From positions 1-62,322 of the forward strand of contig JAYUZO010000084.1 in NCBI GenBank assembly GCA_043751715.1: a stretch of DNA of 62,322 nt. Direction: 5' to 3'. A program made the translations under genes and the position numbers. This stretch comes from Rhodobacterales bacterium. Lineage in GTDB: Bacteria > Pseudomonadota > Alphaproteobacteria > Rhodobacterales > Rhodobacteraceae. The notes under the pieces were generated by a model. It worked only from the letters and a program-made list of their open reading frames with translations. It was not told the origin of the DNA and did not search any database. This document shows, piece after piece, positions 25,706 through 34,050 of this stretch (positions within the stretch are counted from its first letter, which is position 1; each line of letters begins with the position of its first letter).

Positions 25706-27319
25706 ATGACAGTTTTGAATGCCTTTCACGGTGCATCTTGCAACCTGTTGAAGGGACTGACGATTGCAGTTTTGCTGGCCTCTTCGGGCGCAGCTTGGGC
25801 GCAGGCTTCGCCGTTCAGCCAGTCCGTGGCGATCAGCGCTGCCGAAGACGAGTCGATTTCCAGCATTTATGCGGCACGCAATTACGCGCCGATCTGGACC
25901 GCACCATCAGGTGTTGCGCGCCGCGAAGCGCTGTTTGCGGTTTTGGCAGGGGCAGCTGACCACGGCCTGCCACAAGGGCGCTATAATCCGGCAGCGCTTG
26001 CGCTGATGTTTCAGTCGGCGCGTACCGAGGGCGACCGCGGGCGTGTTGAGGTGGAAATGACACGCGCGGCAATTGCCTTCATGCATGACATGGAAATGGG
26101 CGTTGTGACACCGCGCAGTGTGGATGCGACAATCGTGATCGAGCGCGCCGATTTTGATCCGGTTGCGCTGCTTGCAGCCTTTATGGCGGCACCCGCGCCA
26201 GAGCGGTTCTTGCGCGACCTTGCCCCCATGTCACCCGAATATGCGCTTTTGATGCGTGAACGTCTGCGGCTGCAGGATATTGCGGCGGCAGGGGGCTGGG
26301 GCATGCCGGTTGCGGCAGAAACCCTGAAACCCGGCGAAACCGGCACAAGCGTGGTTGCCCTGCGGGACCGGCTGGTCAGCATGGGTTATCTGGGGCGGTC
26401 AGTGACGGCCAGCTATGACGCGGATGTGCAGCAGGCAGTGCAGCGGTTTCAGCTGAACCACGGGCTAGAGGCTGATGGCGTGGCCGGGGCCAGCACGATT
26501 GCCATGCTGAACGTGCCAGTGGAGGAACGTCTGCAATCGGTGCTGGTGGCGATGGAGCGCATGCGTTGGATCGGTGATGCACCGCGCGGCGACCGGCATA
26601 TCTGGGTGAACCTGCCGGATTTCACCGCCAAGATCATTGATCATGGCCGCGTCACCTTCAGCACGCGCGCGGTGATTGGCAAGGATGCAGAGGATCGTCA
26701 CACGCCGGAATTTTCGGATGTGATGGAATTCATGGTGGTGAACCCGTCATGGTCCGTGCCACGGTCGATCACGGTCAAGGAATACCTGCCGCTGTTGCAG
26801 CGCAACCGCAATGCCGTTGGCCATCTGAATGTGATTGATCGCAATGGCCGCGTGGTGCCGCGCGGCAATGTCAATTTTGCGTCCTACACCGAACGGAACT
26901 TTCCCTATGCGCTGCGGCAGGCGCCGTCAGACGGCAATGCGCTTGGGCTGGTCAAGTTCATGTTCCCCAATGAATACAACATCTACCTGCACGACACACC
27001 CGCCAAAGATCTGTTCGCGCATGAAGTGCGGGCCTATAGCCATGGCTGCATCCGGCTGGGTTCACCGTTTGATTTTGCGCATGCGCTGTTGGCGATGCAA
27101 TCAGACGATCCGGAAGGTGAATTTGACCGCGCGCTGCGGTCAGGCAATGAGACGCCAATCAGCCTTACCGAACCTGTGCCGGTGCATCTGGTGTATTTCA
27201 CGGCTTGGCCGGAAGCGCGTGGGCAAATGGGTTACCGCAATGATGTGTACCAGCGCGATGCGGGTATCTGGCGGGCGTTGAATGCGGCCGGGGTGGAACT
27301 TTTGGGCGGGCAAGGCTAA
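25706..27319 (+). CDS. L,D-transpeptidase with peptidoglycan-binding domain (YcbB/LdtD-like)
   Basis: ATG at 25706 ([32 protein letters not shown], signal peptide). It has a PG_binding_1 motif ([17 protein letters not shown]) and a YkuD catalytic motif (YLHDTP...SHGCIRL). Confidence 0.85.
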   Translation: MTVLNAFHGASCNLLKGLTIAVLLASSGAAWAQASPFSQSVAISAAEDESISSIYAARNYAPIWTAPSGVARREALFAVLAGAADHGLPQGRYNPAALALMFQSARTEGDRGRVEVEMTRAAIAFMHDMEMGVVTPRSVDATIVIERADFDPVALLAAFMAAPAPERFLRDLAPMSPEYALLMRERLRLQDIAAAGGWGMPVAAETLKPGETGTSVVALRDRLVSMGYLGRSVTASYDADVQQAVQRFQLNHGLEADGVAGASTIAMLNVPVEERLQSVLVAMERMRWIGDAPRGDRHIWVNLPDFTAKIIDHGRVTFSTRAVIGKDAEDRHTPEFSDVMEFMVVNPSWSVPRSITVKEYLPLLQRNRNAVGHLNVIDRNGRVVPRGNVNFASYTERNFPYALRQAPSDGNALGLVKFMFPNEYNIYLHDTPAKDLFAHEVRAYSHGCIRLGSPFDFAHALLAMQSDDPEGEFDRALRSGNETPISLTEPVPVHLVYFTAWPEARGQMGYRNDVYQRDAGIWRALNAAGVELLGGQG

Positions 27320-27347
27320 ACCTGCACGCAGCAGCAGGGGGGGCAGG

Positions 27348-28439
27348 ATGCGCCACACGATCCGCGATATTGCGCAGGCTTTGGGTGCCGAGGCGGAAGG
27401 TGACCTTGACCTGATGGTAGAGGGGGCTGCGGAACCGGCAATGGCGGGGCAGGCCCAGCTCGCCTTGGCGCTGTCGCAGGCTTACGGCGATCAGATTGCG
27501 CAGGGTCGCGCGCAGGCGGCAATGCTGTGGCCGGGGGCGGATTGGCGCGCGCTTGGGCTGAAGGCTGCGATCTTTGCACCGCGTGGGCGGTTGGCGATGG
27601 CGGGCTTGTCGCGCCTGATGGATGCCGGGCCTGCGATTGCAGCGGGGGTTCATCCGACGGCAGTGATTGACGGATCAGCGCAGATCGGGGCAGGGGCGGC
27701 GATCGGGCCTTTTGTGGTGATCGAGGCGGGGGTGGCCATTGGCACGGGCGCGCGTATTGCCAGCCATGTGAGCATCGCGGCAGGCGCGCGGATTGGTGAT
27801 GATGCGCTGATGCTGCAGGGCGCGCATATCGGCGCGCGGGTGGTGATTGGTGACAGGTTCATCTGCCAGCCGGGTGCGGTGATCGGGTCGGACGGGTTTT
27901 CCTTTGTGACACCTGAAAAATCGGGGGTGGAGGAAATTCGCGAAACCCTGGGTCAGCGCGCTGAAATCACAGCGCAAAGCTGGACACGCATACATTCACT
28001 TGGGGCCGTAACCATCGGGGATGATGTGGAAATCGGCGCGAATGCCTGCATTGACCGTGGCACAATCCGCAACACGATGATCGGCAGTGGCAGCAAACTG
28101 GATAATCAGGTTCACATCGGCCACAACGTGCAGATCGGGCGCGATTGCCTGCTGTGCGGGCAGGTTGGCATCGCCGGATCAGCGCGGATTGGTGACAGGG
28201 TGGTGCTGGGCGGGCAATGTGGGGTGAACGACAATATCTTTGTCGGTGATGATGTGATTGCCGGTGGATCAACCAAGATTTTCACCAACGCGCCTGCGGG
28301 CCGGGTGTTGCTGGGCTATCCGGCGGTAAAAATGGAAACCCATGTCGACATGCAAAAGGCGCTGCGCCGGTTGCCAAGGCTGGCCGCGCGGGTGGCCGAG
28401 ATGGAAAAGGTCATTTCAAGGTTACAGGACAATGACTAG
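27348..28439 (+). CDS. lpxD: UDP-3-O-acylglucosamine N-acyltransferase-like protein (LpxD family; possibly a paralog)
   Basis: ATG at 27348 ([19 protein letters not shown]). An LpxD-type N-domain is followed by long left-handed beta-helix hexapeptide repeats and a C-terminal helix. It is not in a bamA-lpxD-fabZ-lpxA context. Confidence 0.7.
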   Translation: MRHTIRDIAQALGAEAEGDLDLMVEGAAEPAMAGQAQLALALSQAYGDQIAQGRAQAAMLWPGADWRALGLKAAIFAPRGRLAMAGLSRLMDAGPAIAAGVHPTAVIDGSAQIGAGAAIGPFVVIEAGVAIGTGARIASHVSIAAGARIGDDALMLQGAHIGARVVIGDRFICQPGAVIGSDGFSFVTPEKSGVEEIRETLGQRAEITAQSWTRIHSLGAVTIGDDVEIGANACIDRGTIRNTMIGSGSKLDNQVHIGHNVQIGRDCLLCGQVGIAGSARIGDRVVLGGQCGVNDNIFVGDDVIAGGSTKIFTNAPAGRVLLGYPAVKMETHVDMQKALRRLPRLAARVAEMEKVISRLQDND

Positions 28440-28469
28440 ATCATTGCAGACAACAGCAGGGCAGACCGC

Positions 28470-28733
28470 ATGACCGACGTTGCGCAAAAGATTATCGCCA
28501 TCATTGCGGCGCAGGGGTTGCTTGACGCGGGCAGCCTGACGCCGGACAGCCGCCTTGCCGATCTGGGGATTGACAGCCTTGCCATGGTCGAAGCGATCTT
28601 TGCCATTGAAGAGACGTTTGACGTGACCGTGCCGTTCAACGCCAACCACCCCGATGGTGCGGCGTTTGATACCACGACCATCGCCAGCGTGATTGCCGCT
28701 GTCGAAGGGCTGATTGCCCGCAAGGCCGCCTGA
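28470..28733 (+). CDS. Acyl carrier protein (specialised, NodF/AcpXL-like rather than housekeeping AcpP context)
   Basis: 87 aa with the phosphopantetheine attachment motif LGIDSLAMVE. Confidence 0.8.
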   Translation: MTDVAQKIIAIIAAQGLLDAGSLTPDSRLADLGIDSLAMVEAIFAIEETFDVTVPFNANHPDGAAFDTTTIASVIAAVEGLIARKAA

Positions 28734-28735
28734 TC

Positions 28736-29941
28736 ATGGCACAGCGCCGCGTGGTCATCACCGGTGCGGGCACGATCAACCCGTTGGCGCAGGATGTGGC
28801 GGGTACGTTTGCAGCCATGCGGGCAGGGCAGTGTGCCATCGGGCCGCTGGACATGCGGGATGCGGACCGGTTGCAGGTGCGGATCGGCGCTCAGGTGCGG
28901 GGCTGGGATGAGGCGCGCTTTGGCCGCAATCTGCCGCTGTATGACCGGATCACCCAGTTCAGTCTGATGGCGGCGGCACAAGCCGTAGCGCAAGCCAGCG
29001 GTGGGCGGCCTGCGTTGGACCATGATCCTGCGCGCATCGGTGTGATCTTTGGCACGGCGGGTGGCGGGCTTTCCACGGTTGAGGATAACTACCGCGCGGT
29101 GTTTGAGGCGGGCAAGAACCGGGTGCATCCGCTGACTGTGCCGCGCCTGATGCCATCAGCGCCCGCCAGCAATGTTGCCATCCAACACGGGGCACATGGG
29201 CCGGTCTTTGCAGTGTCATCGGCCTGCGCCAGTGCCAACCACGCCATGGGGCTGGCCTTGCAGATGATCCGGGCGGGGATGGCTGATTGCGTACTGACAG
29301 GGGGGGCAGATGCGATGCTGACGTTCGGCGGCATCAAGGCCTGGGAAGGGCTGCGCGTGATGTCACCCGATGGTTGCCGCCCGTTTTGTGCCAGCCGGAA
29401 TGGCATGGTGATGGGCGAAGGGGCGGGCGTGTTTGTGTTTGAAGACCGCGATGCAGCACGTGCGCGCGGGGCGCAGGTTCTGGCCGAAGTGGCGGGTGTG
29501 GGCATGACATCGGATGCATCTGATATCGTGCTGCCATCAGCGGAAGGTGCGGCGCGGGCCATGCGGCTGGCGCTGATGGATGCGGGGTTGCAGGCGGGCG
29601 ACATTGGCTATGTCAACGCACATGGCACGGGCACAGCAGCGAATGACCGGATCGAGGCGGCGGTGATTGGTGCTGTGCTGGGGGCAAATGTGCCGGTATC
29701 ATCCACCAAATCCATGCACGGCCATCTGATTGGGGGGGCGGGGGCGGTGGAACTGCTGGCCTGTCTGATGGCGCTGCAGGATGGGGTGATTGCGCCGACG
29801 GTTGGCGTCCTGTCGCGCGATCCGGGGTGTGATATTCATTTGGTACATGGTGCGGCGCTGCAAACACCGGTGCAGGCCTGCCTGTCAAACGCATTTGCCT
29901 TTGGCGGGTTGAACGCCGTGCTGGCCGTGACCAAAGCATAG
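28736..29941 (+). CDS. Beta-ketoacyl-ACP synthase (KAS I/II family, NodE/FabF-like)
   Basis: 401 aa, 2 nt after the ACP stop. The active-site Cys context is SSACASANHA, with two His motifs (NAHGTGT, KSMHGHLIGGAG). Confidence 0.85.
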   Translation: MAQRRVVITGAGTINPLAQDVAGTFAAMRAGQCAIGPLDMRDADRLQVRIGAQVRGWDEARFGRNLPLYDRITQFSLMAAAQAVAQASGGRPALDHDPARIGVIFGTAGGGLSTVEDNYRAVFEAGKNRVHPLTVPRLMPSAPASNVAIQHGAHGPVFAVSSACASANHAMGLALQMIRAGMADCVLTGGADAMLTFGGIKAWEGLRVMSPDGCRPFCASRNGMVMGEGAGVFVFEDRDAARARGAQVLAEVAGVGMTSDASDIVLPSAEGAARAMRLALMDAGLQAGDIGYVNAHGTGTAANDRIEAAVIGAVLGANVPVSSTKSMHGHLIGGAGAVELLACLMALQDGVIAPTVGVLSRDPGCDIHLVHGAALQTPVQACLSNAFAFGGLNAVLAVTKA

Positions 29942-29973
29942 GGCCGCCCCGCGTTGCGGAACGGCCCAGCTTA

Positions 29974-30654
29974 TCAGGGCTGCGTTGCAGGCGTTGCATC
30001 GCCCACATTTGCCGCAACGATAGCGTCATAGCCCGCAGTGAACCCCGACAGATCAAGGTTCAGGTCCACCTTCTGATCCGGCGCCACCACGGGGACAATC
30101 GTCAGGGTGGCCCGCGCTCCACCCTTGAAGGCCGCCACTTCCTCGGCGGTAAAGCCGACGCGCGCGATACAGCCGATCTGACTGCACCAGGTGAAGGGAT
30201 AGATCTTGGCTGCCGCATCATCCACCTTCAGGCGGATATTTTCGGTCAGCAGCGTTTCCAGCGGGGCTACGATCGTGGCCCCGGCCGCGGCTTCACCCCC
30301 GGTAGGCAGATCGAACATGCTGATTTCAGCCACCGAATTGCCCTCGGCGTCTTTGAGCAGCTGGTACAACTGGCACGGATCAGACCCGTCTTCGGTGCGC
30401 ACACAGCGCTGTTCCCAGGCAGTGCCAAAACTTGCTTCTACAAACTGCGATCCGGGGCCATCCGTGGCACCCTCAACCGCACCCAGGTTCAGGTCACTGC
30501 CTGCAACGGCATCTGCGGCGGGCGCTTCGGTGGCGGGTGCTTCGGTGGCGGCGGGTTCATCTGTTGCGGGTGCTTCGGTTGCCTCTTGGGCATGGGCTGC
30601 CGTGGTCATGCCAAAGGCCAGCATCAGGGCCAGTGCTTTTATCTTGTCAGTCAT
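29974..30654 (-). CDS. Invasion-associated locus B (IalB) family periplasmic protein
   Basis: 226 aa with a signal peptide and an Ala/Thr/Glu/Pro-rich linker. The IalB-like core includes CQLYQLL...FTWCSQIGCIARVGFT. Confidence 0.7.
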   Translation of the reverse strand: MTDKIKALALMLAFGMTTAAHAQEATEAPATDEPAATEAPATEAPAADAVAGSDLNLGAVEGATDGPGSQFVEASFGTAWEQRCVRTEDGSDPCQLYQLLKDAEGNSVAEISMFDLPTGGEAAAGATIVAPLETLLTENIRLKVDDAAAKIYPFTWCSQIGCIARVGFTAEEVAAFKGGARATLTIVPVVAPDQKVDLNLDLSGFTAGYDAIVAANVGDATPATQP

Positions 30655-30790
30655 CGGAATGTCCTGTCTGCGTCAAACTCGCGTGGGCTTACCATGCCCG
30701 TTTGGACGAGTCAGGTCAGAAAAGCGCGACTGGCAGCATTGTGTCAGGCAGGATTGTGTCGGTCACTATTATTTCTGACGGGTGCCGCAT

Positions 30791-30864
30791 CTGGAAAAGG
30801 GCCGCGCCATGCGCGACCCTTCCCTCTTTATTATTGCTCCCTGCCGGACTGGCCGACGTTGTGG
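30791..30864 (-). ncRNA. Candidate small RNA (~70-75 nt) with its own promoter and terminator
   Basis: The - strand carries TTGACG (30898-93), a 17-nt spacer and TAGCGT (30875-70). A short hairpin GUCGG/CCGGC follows, then the purine-rich stretch AGGGAGCAAUAAUAAAGAGGGAA. The terminator hairpin (30799-30819) is fully paired only on the - strand (a G-U pair replaces the C-A mismatch) and is followed by UUUUCC. Confidence 0.3.
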
Positions 30865-30920
30865 GCAGAACGCTATGTGCGTTCGGTTTCTGCGTCAACA
30901 TGGAAAAGCGATCGTATTCA

Positions 30921-30952
30921 TCACAAAAAAGGCCGCACCCGAAGGCGCGGCC
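30921..30952 (-). terminator. Rho-independent terminator on the minus strand inside the ialB / DUF853 intergenic region
   Basis: The - strand reads GGCCGCGCC-TTCG-GGTGCGGCC (30952-30931), followed by TTTTTTGTG. The stem is fully paired only on the - strand (one G-U). No annotated - strand gene lies upstream, which implies an unannotated transcript. Confidence 0.55.
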
Positions 30953-31080
30953 AGTCTGACAGGGAGGAAGTCACATGTCGGGCAAAGCCCGACACGATCA
31001 ACACTGGCATGAACTTGTTAAGGATGTATGTTGCCGGGCGGATGCCTTTGCAGGCGCGGAGGCAAAAGTTGAGGAATGCC

Positions 31081-32634
31081 ATGGCCAGTGATGACAGCAT
31101 TTTCGTAGGCGGCGGTGGGGAAAATTACACTGCGCCGCAATCGCTGCTTTTGAAATACGGCAACCGTCACGGGCTGGTGGCAGGGGCGACGGGCACGGGC
31201 AAAACCGTGACGTTGCAGGTACTGGCCGAAGGATTTTCGGCAGCAGGCGTGCCAGTGTTCATGGCGGATGTGAAGGGTGATCTTGCGGGCATCGCCGTGG
31301 CCGGATCGGCGGCAGGCAAGCTGCATGAACCCTTTCAAAAACGCAGTGCCACGATTGGCTACACGCTTGAATACAAGGCGTTTCCCGTAGTGTTCTGGGA
31401 CCTGTTCGGTGAAAAGGGCCACCCGATCCGTGCCACCGTGGCCGAAATGGGCCCCCTGCTGCTGTCGCGCCTGCTGGAACTGACCGAACCGCAGGAAGGC
31501 GTGCTGAACGTGGCCTTTCGCCTTGCAGACGAAGAGGGGCTGGCGCTGCTGGATCTGAAGGATCTGCAAGCGCTGCTGGTGTTCGTAGGCGAAAATGCCG
31601 ATACGATCAGCACGCGCTATGGCCTTGTGGCCACTGCCTCTATCGGGGCCATCCAGAGGCGGTTGCTGGTGCTGGAAAACGAAGGCGGGGCCAAACTGTT
31701 TGGTGAACCGGCGCTTGATCTGGCCGATCTGATGCTGACAGACGAAAATGGGGCAGGGCGGATCAACATTCTGGCCGCCGACAAGCTGATGAACAGCCCG
31801 CGCATGTATGCAACGTTCCTGTTGTGGCTGCTGTCGGAACTGTTTGAAAACCTGCCCGAGGTGGGTGATCCGGACAAACCGAAACTCGTGTTCTTTTTTG
31901 ATGAAGCGCATTTGCTCTTTACCGATGCGCCCAAGGCCTTGGTGGCAAAGGTGGAACAGGTGGCGCGGCTGATCCGGTCCAAGGGCGTGGGGGTGTATTT
32001 CATCACGCAAAACCCGGCGGATGTGCCTGAAAATATTCTGGGCCAGCTTGGCAACCGCGTACAGCACGCGCTGCGGGCGTTCACGGCCAAGGATCAGAAA
32101 GACCTGCGCATGGCGTCCGAAACCTACCGCCCCAACCCGCGCTTTGCCATTGAGGACGCGATCCGCGATGTCGGGACGGGTGAGGCGGTGACATCTTTTC
32201 TTGAGGCCAAGGGCATTCCGGGCATTGCTGAACGCACGCTGGTGCGGCCACCCAAATCACAGCTGGGGCCGATTGATGATCTGGTGCGCGCGCAGGTGAT
32301 GGCGGCATCACCGGTGATGGGCAAATACGAAACGCTGGCAGACCGCGAATCGGCTTTTGAAATCCTGCAGGCGCGCGCCCAAACCGCTGCAGCCGAGGCT
32401 GAGGCCGCCGAAGCCCCTGCGGCGGACAACGGCCCGGTGCTGCGCATTGATCCGGGTGAGTTCAAACGCGCCCGTCGGTTTGACGCCGACGAACAGCCAG
32501 CCCCCACCCGGCGGCGCTCATCAGGGGACTCCATCGGCACGACCTTTGCCAAAAGTCTGGCACGGCAAGTTGGATCCGCAGGTGGCAGGGCGCTTATCAG
32601 GGGCGTGTTGGGATCATTGTTCCGCAGCCGATAA
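31081..32634 (+). CDS. DUF853 family HerA/FtsK-like P-loop ATPase (YjgR-like)
   Basis: ATG at 31081 with GAGGAA 6 nt upstream (MASDDSIFVGGGGENYTAPQSLLLKYGNRHGLVAGATGTGKT). Walker B is LVFFFDEAHLLF. It has a C-terminal Ala/Glu-rich tail. The 165-codon upstream extension of the ORF is judged non-coding. Confidence 0.8.
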   Translation: MASDDSIFVGGGGENYTAPQSLLLKYGNRHGLVAGATGTGKTVTLQVLAEGFSAAGVPVFMADVKGDLAGIAVAGSAAGKLHEPFQKRSATIGYTLEYKAFPVVFWDLFGEKGHPIRATVAEMGPLLLSRLLELTEPQEGVLNVAFRLADEEGLALLDLKDLQALLVFVGENADTISTRYGLVATASIGAIQRRLLVLENEGGAKLFGEPALDLADLMLTDENGAGRINILAADKLMNSPRMYATFLLWLLSELFENLPEVGDPDKPKLVFFFDEAHLLFTDAPKALVAKVEQVARLIRSKGVGVYFITQNPADVPENILGQLGNRVQHALRAFTAKDQKDLRMASETYRPNPRFAIEDAIRDVGTGEAVTSFLEAKGIPGIAERTLVRPPKSQLGPIDDLVRAQVMAASPVMGKYETLADRESAFEILQARAQTAAAEAEAAEAPAADNGPVLRIDPGEFKRARRFDADEQPAPTRRRSSGDSIGTTFAKSLARQVGSAGGRALIRGVLGSLFRSR

Positions 32635-32722
32635 GCGCACCAAGCTTTACCACATTCCGGCCCAAAACCGGCCACATTCGAACGATAGCGCTTGCATTTG
32701 AACATCCTAATCGAGTGTTGCC

Positions 32723-34048
32723 ATGCCCCTTTCTGCAAACGAACAGTATCTGCTGGAACTGATCAACCGTGGTCGCCTTGACCCGGTGGCAGAAGCGGCG
32801 CGTTACGGCATTGATCTGAACGCAAATCTGGCAGCCGGTACCATTTCATCAACGGCCAAACAGGTGCTGGCCCCGAACACATTGCTGGAAGCGGCGGCCA
32901 CCGGCCATTCGTTGTGGATGCTGTCAACGAATATTTTCACCCATAAGGGCGAAAACGGATCTAGCCTTGGCACGCGTGCAACAGCGGCAGGGTATCAGTG
33001 GAACAGGATCGGCGAAAACATCGCGGTCTGGGGCACAAGCGGCACACTGAACATGACTAGCGCGATTGACAGCCACCACCGCGGGTTGATTCAAAGTGCG
33101 GGACACCGCACCAATCTGATGCAGAACAGCTATAGCGAAATTGGTCTGGCGCAGGAAAGCGGGAAGTTTGCGTTTTCAGGCGGAACGCCAAACAACGCAT
33201 CCATGCTGACAGAACTGTTCGGCAGCAAGGCCGGGTCCAAATTGTTGACAGGCGTGGCCTATTCAGATTCGGACGGCAACAGCTTTTACACTGTTGGCGA
33301 AGGGCGCGCCGGAACAACCTTTGAAGTGGCGGGACAAGCGGTACAAAGCGAATCTGCCGGTGGCTATGCAATTTCACTGGGTCAGATGAACGCGGGCGTT
33401 GTAATGGGCGTAGCGAACGACATGTTTTACAGTGCCGTGCTTGATTTCAGTGGTGGCAATGCAAAACTGGATATCGTCAACGGCAATACCTATTTCACTT
33501 CCGCCCCGATTGTTCTGTGCTCTGGCATCAACAATGTCACGCAACTGGGCGTCGCAAATCTAAGCGTCATCGGCAACGCAAGCGGCAATTTCATCATTGG
33601 CAATGCTGGAAACAACGAACTGATCGGCTATGGCGGCAATGACGTGATCTATGCATATGCCGGCAATGATGGCCTGCGTGGTGGCGATGGGCACGATCAT
33701 TTTCTGGGTGGCAATGGCGACGATATTCTGGTGGGTGAAGCCGGGCTTGATTACATGCACGGCGAAGCTGGCCGCGACTGGATGATTGGCGGAACTGGCG
33801 CGGACTGGTTTGCCTTTGCAGACACCAACGGTACAGACACCATTGAAGATTTCAGTCTGATCGAACGTGACCGGTTGCGCCTGAATGATGATTTGTGGAC
33901 CGGAACGCTGACCACCGACGAGATCGTATCGCGCTTTGCCACTGTCACTGCTGCCGGTGTGGTTTTCAACTTTGGCGATGGTGATACGCTGACGCTGTTG
34001 GGCGTGACCACGACAACCGGGTTGGCGGATGCCGTTCTGATCTGGTAA
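32723..34048 (+). CDS. CAP (SCP/PR-1-like) domain protein fused to hemolysin-type calcium-binding repeats
   Basis: 441 aa. The N-terminal CAP-like region includes HSLWML...HKGENGSSLGTRATAAGYQWNRIGENIA...HHRGLIQSAGHRTNLM. The C-terminal GGxGxD repeats include GYGGNDVIYAYAGNDGLRGGDGHDHFLGGNGDD. Confidence 0.7.
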   Translation: MPLSANEQYLLELINRGRLDPVAEAARYGIDLNANLAAGTISSTAKQVLAPNTLLEAAATGHSLWMLSTNIFTHKGENGSSLGTRATAAGYQWNRIGENIAVWGTSGTLNMTSAIDSHHRGLIQSAGHRTNLMQNSYSEIGLAQESGKFAFSGGTPNNASMLTELFGSKAGSKLLTGVAYSDSDGNSFYTVGEGRAGTTFEVAGQAVQSESAGGYAISLGQMNAGVVMGVANDMFYSAVLDFSGGNAKLDIVNGNTYFTSAPIVLCSGINNVTQLGVANLSVIGNASGNFIIGNAGNNELIGYGGNDVIYAYAGNDGLRGGDGHDHFLGGNGDDILVGEAGLDYMHGEAGRDWMIGGTGADWFAFADTNGTDTIEDFSLIERDRLRLNDDLWTGTLTTDEIVSRFATVTAAGVVFNFGDGDTLTLLGVTTTTGLADAVLIW

Positions 34049-34050
34049 CG

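Noticed and set aside
30586-31080. 165-codon N-terminal extension of the DUF853 ORF
   Set aside because: The extension overlaps ialB on the other strand and the structured intergenic region. It has no SD, and its sequence is Arg/Cys-rich. The ATG at 31081 has a GAGGAA SD and matches the usual N-terminus of the family.
31018-32067. 349-aa minus-strand ORF, and similar long antisense ORFs at 37314-38327, 5887-6630, 9689-10660, 12432-13415, 14869-15837, 19321-20055, 28436-29128, 45291-45920 and 47979-48740
   Set aside because: All lie opposite genes with clear homology-type motifs and have biased Arg/Gly/His/Pro composition. They are GC-driven shadow ORFs.
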